A DNA stretch of 64,000 bases, taken from contig CM022679.1 in the NCBI GenBank assembly GCA_012295275.1, positions 12,462,001 to 12,526,000 on the forward strand, read 5' to 3'. Under the pieces are notes generated by a model. That model saw nothing but the letters and a program-made list of their open reading frames with translations, had not been told where the DNA came from and did not search any database. The position numbers were made by a program, and so were the translations under genes. Origin of the DNA: Chrysomallon squamiferum (Eukaryota > Animalia > Mollusca). Positions 28,712-39,705 of this stretch are shown piece by piece (position 1 is the first letter of the stretch; each line of letters begins with the position of its first letter).

Positions 28712-29131
28712 TTTTAATAATCTGAAGTATTGTTGTGAATTTTGTTTATATTGCATGTTTCCTATATAATACTATTTTGTATTAGTTTCAATAAAGATGT
28801 TTGTTATAAAGCGTCTGAAATATTTATCTACTTTTACAATGGCTGTTTCAGTTTATGTAATTATTTTGCTGTTTGTTAAATTATAATATGTCACTGCTAT
28901 TAATGCCAAAAATGCTGTTACTATTAATTCTGATTCTGTTGTAACTATTCATGCTAATTTTGCTGTTGCTATAAACGATAATACAACTGCTTCTATTAAT
29001 GCTAATACTGCTGCTACTGTTATTGCTGAATAATGCTGTTACTATTAATGATAATACATCTGTTACTGTTAATGCTAATACATTTGCTACTAATGCTAAT
29101 ACATTTGCTGCTATTATTGCTATTAACGTTA

Positions 29132-29178
<47 letters not shown>

Positions 29179-29751
29179 GACCACTACCACTACTACTACT
29201 ATTATTATTATTTCACTATCACAACCACACTATTAGAACTACTACTACAACAACTACTACTTCCACTACTGATGATGCGTTGTTTCTGTATATGTTATTT
29301 TTGTTGTTCTCAAAGATCAGCTTGGACGTGAAATAGCAGATGATATCTTTAAGCAACGTATCTTCAGGAGTGACCCGAGGATATGACATGTTACAGATGA
29401 TGTTCAGATACGAACATGATGAATGACACCTATTTTGTATACCAGAACTTACTACAGTGTTTGAATTAAAGGACAATATGTATAAAAGAAAACTGGGTTG
29501 ACAGCATCCGGCAGTGAGCTACCTAATCATACGTTCTGAACAAGAGAATATATTTACCTTGTCTGTAGACGTCAGTGATAACTGACAGAATGAAACTCAA
29601 TATGTTCCCAGCGCGAATCCGGTAGACAGGTACAGTATGTATAAATAATGTGTTATTTTGTTTAAAACGAAAGGGGAAAAAAAATATATAAATAAGTGAA
29701 AGAAAACCAAAGAAAGAATGATGATAAAAAAAACGAAAAAAAAAAAGAGAA

Positions 29752-29840
<89 letters not shown>

Positions 29841-30136
29841 CACAGACAGACAGAGTAAGAAAGAGAGTAGCCATATAAAAATGCTGAACCTAATAACAAT
29901 ATCCAAAATATTGTAACAAATGAACTGAAATACTGCAACAATTTTTTTTAACTGTTCTCTTTTATGATTAAATTTAGAAAAGAAAAAAACAAACAGAATA
30001 GAGAGGTGGAGGTATACAGAACAAATTTAGAAATTACATTTGTATATCCAAAGATACACTCTATTAAACCCTAAATCATTTTAAATTCAAATATTATAGC
30101 ATAGAAGAAATCAAAAGAGTGATAAGTTTAGGTTAT

Positions 30137-30288
30137 TTTTTCAGTTGCATGCATATCTAAAATATAGTTTTCTAATAACATGAAAAATAAATGTAATTTA
30201 GCTGTTCTTAACTTTTTCAGTTACATGCATATCTAAAATATAGTTTTCTAATAACATGAAAAATTAATGTAATGTAGCTGTCCTAACT
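30137..30288. repeat. 76-bp tandem duplication (2 copies)
   Basis: TCAGTT(G/A)CATGCATATCTAAAATATAGTTTTCTAATAACATGAAAAAT... at 30141 and 30217. Confidence 0.9.
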
Positions 30289-31123
30289 GTAAATTCTATA
30301 TAATCTCAATAATGATATTACAGTCAGGAATAATTAGTCATCGGCTGATGTTGGTGTTATAATTCCTGGGCGTGATTACTTATTCCCGACATCTCTTCCA
30401 CCAAAATCGCCTCCGTGAGGAATGATGAATATGCCTAACTTTTCTCCAGCAAGAACTTCAGCGCTTTACAAAACCATTGCTTTCATCTGGAAAAGCTGGT
30501 GAACTGTCAAAACTCTTTTTAAAAATTTCCGAATTAATGAAGACCGTCATTACTTTTGCTTCGCCATCAAAGGTGTGGGTGGGGTGCGGTGGGTGGATGG
30601 GTGTCATGGTGATTAATGAAGATAATCCGGGGATTTCGCAGTAACGACAAAAGAAGAACGGTTCGGAATCGGCCGTGTGATAATTTCTTCGTCTTGCTAA
30701 TCGGGATATCGTTAACGGAAGATTGTATCACCCCAGTGATTAAAGTAATCGGCAGAACGCTGTAGCAGGAAACGACAATCAAACTAGCTCTTACGTTCTC
30801 GCAAACTGTCGTTTCTGAAACAGCACACAGAATCATGGTGGGGGACCGTATCGCCCAGTAGTGCTACACGTGACCAACTGGCCACTGCAGTGTGACTTAC
30901 ACCGTGTTGCCGTCCTCTGGCTTTTGGTAAAGATCTTACAATAGCAAACAAATGTCGTGGTAGTATTCAGCTACTCAAAGACTAAACTGGGCGTCATTTT
31001 AATTTTTACGACAACTGTTGTCTCATATGAATAAGTATGTTTGCATATACAAATATCTTTAATAAAATGGCAAAAGTGTTGTTGCTGTTAAATTGGACGT
31101 ATTTATTATTATTATTATTATTA

Positions 31124-31202
<79 letters not shown>

Positions 31203-32306
31203 GAAATAAAGAAAAGAAAAAAAGTATTTCATAAATATTGCTATATAAAAATCATATACATTGCCTTATCCTGGCCCTAAAACAAGGAACATTTAAAACA
31301 CCCGAACTTCTTCGTAGCATGAAACAAAATATACATTATTATCTTTTTAATATTTATTGCATATAAATGCAACTGATTTCCAGTACATTCTATTTAATTA
31401 ATTTCAGGAATTTCAAAAGATTTTTAATAAACTTTTTCACATCTAACTTTAACTAAATTATTAATCTGAAATATTTCACAACAAAAATTACCTTAGGTCT
31501 GAATCGATACAGATTCCGATCTTTGTATTTAAAATGCTGTTTTTAATTATGGGTATTCTTCTGAATGCTGTATTGGATATATGGGTGTAATCTTTAATAA
31601 AAACGATGTTTTTTTTATACATCAACGTTTAGCGTATAAATCATAATTTTATTTCCAGGTTAAACTCTAGGGGTTTTTTTTCCCCTTTTTAACAACAAAG
31701 CTATAGGTAATGAGTCTGAAGCCAAAACATTTATCTCGACTCCTACAGAAATGAAAGAACACCTGCCATGTTTTAGAAGAGCATCAGAAAATAATAACAG
31801 TTTTTGGCGCAGGGAAATATGACCTGCCTATTGATTTCCCTTTCACATCACTCTGACAGTGGAACAATAAAGCTCGACATCCTTTTCTAAACCTTTTGAT
31901 GAAAAAAAGACGATATTATCGTAAAAGTTAACAAGCTGGTGACACTTATATTGAATCTGGTCCCGTTAAAGAACGATTTTCATACACGGAGATATGATAA
32001 GGCCACAACCTCTAATGTTTGATGTGAGGGACATAAAGACGTAATGGCCCAATATCAATATTGGAGTCTGGAGTGCGGCTTGAAAATTCGGGGCACTGAT
32101 ATGCGGTCAGTGAAATTATTGCTTTCCAAAGAATGCGCCCATTTGCAGTAATGGCCCAAATTGATATCATAACCCTTGAGAGAGAAAATAAATTTTAAAA
32201 AGTAACATGCGGTTAAGTCATGATTAGAAACCACAATAGATTTAACTCTCGCCAACGTTCGTTCTATTACTCTCTCTTTCTTTCTTTGTCTGTCTGTCTT
32301 TTCTTA

Positions 32307-32367
<61 letters not shown>

Positions 32368-32402
32368 TCTCTATTTTTTCTCTGCATCTCTTAACAAAAA
32401 AA

Positions 32403-32433
<31 letters not shown>

Positions 32434-32701
32434 TAATAATAATTATAATAATAATAATAATAATAATATCATTTTACGCCACTACTAACTACAGTACAAC
32501 TAATACTGCTAATACCATACTATCACCATCAATATCACGTCTGTCACTAATACGAATATTATCTTTTCCACTGATGTCGCTACTGCTGATGCTGTTGCTG
32601 CTACTATTACGTCTACTGACATTGCTACTACTTCGTCTTTACTATTTTAATACCATTACTACCACCATTATCACTACTACCGCTGCCACTAGTACCAACT
32701 A

Positions 32702-32749
<48 letters not shown>

Positions 32750-35036
32750 GATACTACTGAACTATTATTGTTCTGTTGTTGTTTCTGTGTTGTTGTTTGT
32801 TGTTTTTTTTTTTTTTTTTTTTTTTTGTTTTTTTTTCTGAGGGGATTATTTTTCATTTATTTACTTACAGATTTACTTGCAAATCAATTAATTACTTTCC
32901 CCTGTATTAACAATTCCCAAGTAAATTCTTTTAACTTCAAATGAATGTAATCTGCATAAATAAACTGTACACCAAATTCTTCCCGTCATTGTTTAGTGGT
33001 TTTCGGGATTAACGATCAACCCGAACGGACATGGTGGCAAAACATTTGACAATATGCTCATTTATCGCCAATAATTTCATGTGTGCTGTTGGGGACGTTT
33101 CCAAAACGGTTAATGGGTCTGATCCGCACGTGGCCTCGGCAAATCCTTTCGCAAACAAGAAAGCGTGACGTGGGAACACAGAAACTGATAAGCCGAGAAG
33201 TAAGTCAACAAGAAAAATTCCTAGGTATCTTTTTTCTCGCGCAGAACATTGTTTTCTGGCCACTGTCTCCAGTCAGATGGTTTTCCAATACGTTCGCGAC
33301 CTATGACCCTTTCTATATTTGGTGCTTAAATGTGTTTGGCGCGTGCGTGACATCATCATTTTTTTTTTTTTTTTTTTTTTTTTTTTCTAATAAGTTTCCC
33401 TCACGTGCCAAGGGGTTAAATAAAAGCTGTATTTTTAATTGTTATCTTAAGTTCAATTGTGTGTTGCGGAACCTTTAATTTACTATAAGTTACCCTTCGT
33501 TTCTTTTGTTGCCACCCGCATGGCACGTGCAGAATTAGTTCTGCGTTTTTTTAATCTCTGCTCTCTTTCGCTTTCGATGCTTTTAATAAACATGGCGGCC
33601 GAACGAAGAGGGTCTAAGTGTGTGACCTCGGCTTATACCAGTATTTCTTCTTAAGAACTGTACGAGAAATTATAAAACAAATGTGGAGTAAGACACACAC
33701 ACATACAAAAAAATAATAATAATAATAAATAAATAAAAAATATAAAATTAAAAAAATAAATAAAATAAAATAATAATAATAATAATAATAAACAAAAATA
33801 AAATACAATAAAATAAACAAGATGAATTACTAAAAATTATTAATGACTTAATGAATTAATAATAATATCTAATGTAATAATAATAATAAGAAGAAGAAGA
33901 AGAATGATAATGATATTGATGATGATTATGAAGATGAAGATGATAAGAAGTACAACAACAAGAACAAGAAAATTCACCAAAATAAGTCAATAAATAAATA
34001 AATATGAAATATTTTGATTTTATTAAATATTTCTTTAAGAATTCAATAAATCAGCATACTGCATTTCCGCATATAAACAAAACTACAAAACCAAAATAAA
34101 ATACTCATAAAATACTCGTAAATAACGAACACAATATATAAACCTTCATTTTAAAACATTTTTTCTTCACACACACACACCTATACACACATCTACACAC
34201 CCTCACGAACACACATTAAAAACAACAGCAACAATGAACAAAAAAAAAACAACAAAAAAAACCCCAAACCAAAACAAAACAAAACAAAAAACAAACAAAC
34301 AGAAATTTAAAAAAGTCAAAAAAAAATTAAGATCAGTTAGTCATTTTCAGGTATAAAACGGAATACATTCATTTTTTATTATATGCGCTTATTTAAAATT
34401 CTAGACGACACAATTTTTATTATTTTTATTTCTTTCCCCACTCCGCGTAGACGAATCGATCCGGTGATCCCTAGAGCGTCAACAAATTTTAACTACGTCC
34501 CGCCTCTTCCCATCTGTCGAGCTAATTTTTCATTTTGTTTGAAATTCCTCACCGTGAGGTGGTCCATCAAAAACGTTGTACACGCCGTGCTCGGCGCTTT
34601 CAACGAGGTGGCTGGGCGGCTCTTACGACGACAGCGACGGTCGACGGTCCCCAAGGGACCGGGCCTTTGAAGAATTTCTCGTTTTTCACTGCTCGTTATC
34701 GTCCTTTCTTTCCAAACGCTGTTACATACAAACAAGCTTTTTTTACCTTTTGACGGCGACCTCCGAAAATTAGTTAATTTCACTCGTTAGCGCGGTGAAA
34801 CAAAACGAGGAACAAATTAGACGAAATTGCGCCCCCTACCATTCCTCCCACAGTCTTTTGAGTTTCGCGATAAAGCGAGGTGTATTTTGCGTATATATCT
34901 TGTATTACCTTTTTAAATAATAATAATGAATTATTTATTTACTCGCTGCCAAGAATTTCAAGAGTGTAATTTATATATAAATACAACATATTATTTTTAT
35001 AATAATAATAATAACAACAACAATAATAATAACAAA

Positions 35037-35080
<44 letters not shown>

Positions 35081-35591
35081 TGATGATGATGATGATGAGT
35101 GGATAGTTGTAGTATTGAGTGTACAGTTGTAGGTATAATAATATGTGTTATGGAAGTTATTATTATCATCATCTTCACCATCAACAGCCTGTGGTTGTAG
35201 TTGAAGTAACAGTAGTAGAATTAGTAGCAGAAGTAATTACTATAGAAATAACAGTAGTAAGTAGCAGTAGAAATACTTGACGTAGTCGTAGAAGCAGCAG
35301 CAATAGTAGTGATACTGAACACGACACTATGTACAAAAAGAGAGAGAGCTACACATTTATAATAACTGTTTGCAAATATACACAGTTTGAAAATAAACAG
35401 CAAATCCAAAATAACAGACACACATACACACAAATACGTATAATTACTGTAATGATTATAAACTGTCTTTTAAAACAGCAGTGATAAAAAGAGAAGAAGA
35501 AGAAGAAGAAGAAGAAGATTAGGACTACAGATTTAGTGCGCGGTGGTGAAGCGACAGCTATCGTCTGCTTTAAGCGTGCGGGCACCCAGCC

Positions 35592-35650
35592 AGGCACGCG
35601 ACTTACCGCGTTGTCACCGCATTGGCTCTTTGTTTTATCCAATCACGTGG
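35592..35650 (+). promoter_or_regulatory. Upstream Hes/Hairy-type module: AGGCACGCGAC, two CCAAT-type boxes and TCACGTGG
   Basis: GGCACGCGAC at 35593 matches the class C Hairy site known upstream of Drosophila achaete; it lies about 1.2 kb upstream of the inferred TSS. Confidence 0.5.
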
Positions 35651-36142
35651 CTCCTTGTACGCTACACAATACAATCTTTTTATCTGCTGTTTAATTCAGT
35701 TCCTTGGACCAGTAGACATTCTGAATAATGAAAAAAAATATTTTCTTTTTATATACATTTTTCAGAAAACCTCACACTTTAATTGTAAATGAAATTGCTT
35801 GGAAAAAATATAAACTTTCTCGTTTAGAAAGAAAATAATGAGAAAAATATTGCTGGAGGATAAACCATAGTTTTTTAATTTAAAACAGAGATGTTTGAAA
35901 ACAAATCGAAGAGTATAAGAGTGAAGGACGGAAAATCAGAAAGAAAAATAAAGAAAGATGTTTAGGATTATAATGAATATTGTTAAATACAGTAAACAAA
36001 AATAAAATATTTAGATAAACATTTAAATGCGAAAAACAAAAAACAAAACAAACAATAACATGAACAAACAAAATAAAAAAAAAGCTAAGAAAAAAGAAAA
36101 GGAGAAAAATAAAAGAACAGTTTTCTCTTAGACCCACATTAA

Positions 36143-36196
<54 letters not shown>

Positions 36197-36296
36197 TATA
36201 ATAATAATAATAAAGTGTAAAACTACCTTTGCACGTAAGCTTAGTTTTACGACTGACGTAAATGCTGGTCGAAATCATTATAACATACATTTTCGT

Positions 36297-36348
<52 letters not shown>

Positions 36349-36528
36349 ATATTTTTGTATCGCTTACATTTATGTCCTTTAAAATTATTAGAGTGCTATA
36401 AATAAGTATTTATTTATTTATTTATTTGTATATAAACTTTATGTTTTTAATCAGTTAATTTCTTTCTTTTTTTTATCTTTTCATTATTTGTTTGTTTCTT
36501 AACAATTTTTTTTTTAATTTCATTTTTC

Positions 36529-36530
36529 TA

Positions 36531-36617
<87 letters not shown>
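36529..36617. repeat. (TAT)n microsatellite abutting the neurogenin proximal promoter
   Basis: Read directly. Confidence 0.95.
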
Positions 36618-36618
<1 letters not shown>

Positions 36619-36619
36619 T

Positions 36620-36775
36620 CGCACAAGGGCAAGTTTTTAAGTTAAGGCTCGCGTACCTCGTTTTTACCACCAATGAAACTAACCAGTGCTACCAGACGAC
36701 TTGGTCACGTGTTCCACAACTGTCAGAGTGATCGTTCTTTTGTGTTGACAACAATAGGGCCCCAGTAGGGTCGGG
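36620..36775 (+). promoter_or_regulatory. Proximal promoter island with a CACGTG E-box (36706) and a Sox-type AACAATAG site (36750)
   Basis: GC-richer island directly upstream of the TATA element; motifs read directly from the sequence. Confidence 0.45.
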
Positions 36776-36810
36776 TATAAGTGACGGATTGGTGCGATGC
36801 TTTTCACTTA
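36776..36810 (+). promoter_or_regulatory. Probable core promoter of neurogenin: TATA-like TATAAGTG (36776) and Inr-like TCACTT (+1 A at 36806)
   Basis: The first T of TATA lies exactly 30 nt before the Inr A, and there is no ATG between 36806 and the start codon. An alternative TATATAAG at 36849 lacks a well-spaced Inr. Confidence 0.55.
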
Positions 36811-37036
36811 TTGATTCACCCACGAAAAAGGTTGGAAGTCGTGTGCGCTATATAAGAGAATAAGATTTCAGCGGACCAGAATTTTAAAAACTGTGCTAGA
36901 CTCGAAGAAAACTGAACAACATAGAAACAGAGTCTGTAGCAGAAAGGACTTGCGTTTGAAGTAAAAGATAAAGAAAAAAATAATAATATTTATCTCATTT
37001 TACTTAGACATTCTTTGTGAAATATCTTAATTCAAA

Positions 37037-37927
37037 ATGCTGCCCGCAATGGAGCATGGAGCTTTCGAGGAAGTTAAATCTGATGCTGTGCTGTGTGACA
37101 AGTTTGACGACGTTGTTAACAAAGACGTGTCTGACGACAGCGACGCATCCGGCAAGAAATGCCGTCCCCGCAAACAGCGGACGAAAAACAATCAACAGCG
37201 ACAAGTGAACAAAGTTTGCAGACGAAGAAGAGCGAACGACAGGGAAAAGAACAGAATGCACGGACTAAACGACGCTCTGGATGACTTGCGCAAAATGTTG
37301 CCGAACACGTCTGAGGCGAAACTGACGAAAATAGACACGCTGAGGACGGCGTACAACTACATCTGGGCGTTGTCGGAGACGCTGAAACTGATGGGTGGCA
37401 GTGCTGAAGGCGTTGGAACACCGGCTGGAACGGAGAATCAGAACGTTGATGAATTTTCGGATGCAGGAAATTTTGACATGGAAAGCATCGACGGAAGCTC
37501 AAATCTGAACACCAGCTGTGCAAGCGCGTCACAAATAGCCGTCGTAGATGGAGACGTCGACGTGGTTAGCGTGGACAGTTTCCAGGGAATACTGACACAA
37601 AGAGAGGCCTTCAGAGACAGTTTCATTCCTTCTCCTCAAACCCCAGCCTCGCCTGCTAGTGTTTGTAGCGATAGCTCCACCGTAGGCCTTGGCACGATCA
37701 GACACAATGTTCCATTCTCAGATTTCACTTCGTTTGGACAGTCGTACCAGAGAGGATCCGAAAGTTGTAACTTCTATTACGGATCTGGTGAAGGAATGCC
37801 GCTGTCGACTAACGCCTATCAGACTCTAGAACACAATCGGAATATTTCTTTCATGGACGCTTTGTCAAACGGACTGAATAATTCCATTCATTTGTCTTCA
37901 CCCGAACAGTACACTTTGTCTGTGTAA
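37037..37927 (+). CDS. neurog: Neurogenin-family (Ngn/tap) proneural bHLH transcription factor, 296 aa, CDS without introns
   Basis: The only long non-repetitive ORF. aa 62-117 [56 protein letters not shown] matches the neurogenin bHLH signature (ANDRE.NRMH.LN.ALD.LR..LP...[20 protein letters not shown]). The KLTK loop and ETL end favour Ngn over NeuroD (KLSK, EIL). Start context TTCAAAATG; S/P-rich acidic C-terminus. Confidence 0.93.
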   Translation: MLPAMEHGAFEEVKSDAVLCDKFDDVVNKDVSDDSDASGKKCRPRKQRTKNNQQRQVNKVCRRRRANDREKNRMHGLNDALDDLRKMLPNTSEAKLTKIDTLRTAYNYIWALSETLKLMGGSAEGVGTPAGTENQNVDEFSDAGNFDMESIDGSSNLNTSCASASQIAVVDGDVDVVSVDSFQGILTQREAFRDSFIPSPQTPASPASVCSDSSTVGLGTIRHNVPFSDFTSFGQSYQRGSESCNFYYGSGEGMPLSTNAYQTLEHNRNISFMDALSNGLNNSIHLSSPEQYTLSV

Positions 37928-37960
37928 AAAGTTACCTGTTCAGCAATTGACTGTTTAAAC

Positions 37961-37968
37961 CTGTGATA
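37961..37968 (+). promoter_or_regulatory. K-box (CTGTGATA), an 8-mer target of miR-2-family microRNAs, in the neurogenin 3' UTR
   Basis: Exact extended K-box starting 34 nt after the stop codon. Confidence 0.5.
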
Positions 37969-38165
37969 TGCCGAAACAACGATACACATTTCACGCTCGA
38001 ACTCTTGAAGAAATATCTGGTTTGCGATTAGCACAAAAAGAGACGGGCTGATGTTGATGCCTTGACTCAGTCCAGTGTTGTATGTATTTCGTCAAATCTA
38101 TTTTTGAGATGTGTTTCTTTTTGCATTTACTGCATGTGCTGAAATGTAATTTTACGATTTTATTT

Positions 38166-38171
38166 AATAAA
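38166..38171 (+). terminator. Probable polyadenylation signal (AATAAA) of neurogenin
   Basis: First AATAAA after the stop codon (about 240 nt downstream), followed by a GU/U-rich tract (GATGTTGTATTTT at about 38193). ATTTA elements lie nearby. Confidence 0.6.
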
Positions 38172-39019
38172 ATGTTATTTATTATGAATAATGATGTTGT
38201 ATTTTCTATTTAGTATTAGTTATATTTCTGTTATATAAAGAAACAAATTGTACAAGGAAAATGCATTAAATTATTTATTTATTTATTTATGTGTTTATCT
38301 TAAGTCATCAAATTCTAAATTCATTTTTAAACCTTCGTGGTACTAAATAACGTATTCAGTTATTTGTGCAATCAGGATTTTAATACAAATCTCGTTAATG
38401 ATTGTTATGACGTATTGTGACATAAGTTACGTCGATAAATAATTTCTATGGGTCATTAATATTATTGATTGTTTTATTTATTATTCATGATAGAACTGAT
38501 TAAATGGACAGCTTTCAAATTCATTTACATATCCGATCAAATAATAATAATAATAATAATAATAATGTGAAAGCTAAAGGAAAAATATGTTGCCATATTA
38601 AATAAAATATATTCATACTCGTTTTCTTTAAATAAATAAATAAATTTAAAAAAGAGAGGGAACGAACAAAAACAAGAAACAAAACAAACAATAATAATGA
38701 TTAATTTGTGGACATTGTATTTATTTTAGATTTATTTAATATTTAGAAAGATTTAGAAATAATGAAACAAATGCATTTAGATTTATCATAATCCAAGGAG
38801 ATAATTAAAAAGAAAAAAAAAAGAAGAAAAAAAAAAGAAAGATAGATAAAAAGAAATGTTTAGATCATAAAATGATGATATAATTTATTTTAATAAATCT
38901 AACCATCTCAAAAGAGTTATCTTTCGGAATCTTTCCTACAGCTGTTGCGTAGTAAATGTTCAGAAACGAAAACTCACATTAGCCTCGTTTTCATCGCTAA
39001 ACGAATTGTTTCTCCTAAA

Positions 39020-39066
39020 CCACGTGACGCATGCCGGTCGCGTGCCTCATTCGTCAGGCGCGTGCG
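39020..39066 (-). promoter_or_regulatory. Downstream Hes/Hairy-type module: CCACGTGA, GTCGCGTGCCT and GGCGCGTG
   Basis: Three class B/C bHLH sites within 47 bp, in a CpG-rich island about 0.85 kb past the poly(A) signal. Confidence 0.5.
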
Positions 39067-39458
39067 CCATTTCCGCTCCCTAATTTTTCAAAATACATTG
39101 CTGTTTGGAATTCGTTATCACAGCAATCTTAATTTGTTAGCTGTGAGGGAATTCCCTTTCAGGGTTAAATACCCAGGTTAATACTTAAGAACATAATAAG
39201 GTTATGGATAAAAAATAAAAAAATAAAAAGAATAGCGGCAATGCGACATATTAAAAGATAGTAACAGCCAAAAATGTTTCGAGTATTTTTTAATTTTTCG
39301 GTAGGTAATAAACTATCATTTGTACCTGGTATATTTGAGCGTATCTGTGTGTCTATGCATGTATGTATGTATGTATGTATGTATGTATGTATGTGTGTTT
39401 GTGTATGTATGTATATAATATATACGTGTATGCATGTACTTCGTCGGTTTTTGATGGA

Positions 39459-39539
<81 letters not shown>

Positions 39540-39663
39540 AAAATATAGTTTAAGTCTTAATTTAATAATTCGATATAAAATAGTAAAAGATACAAATTGA
39601 GAAGGTTTTAAATATTTATGGTAGTAATCACTATAAATAATTTAAAATTATCTGAAAAAAATC

Positions 39664-39705
<42 letters not shown>

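Noticed and set aside
37220-37387. NeuroD assignment of the bHLH (MHGLNDALD and NYIWALSE resemble NeuroD)
   Set aside because: It lacks the NeuroD loop (VPCYSKTQKLSK) and the NeuroD-specific C-terminal domain; ANDRE, KLTK, AYNY and ETL point to neurogenin.
37004-37626. Antisense and alternative-frame ORFs overlapping neurogenin (85, 63, 138 and 62 aa)
   Set aside because: Expected by-products of a GC-richer CDS; no motif support.
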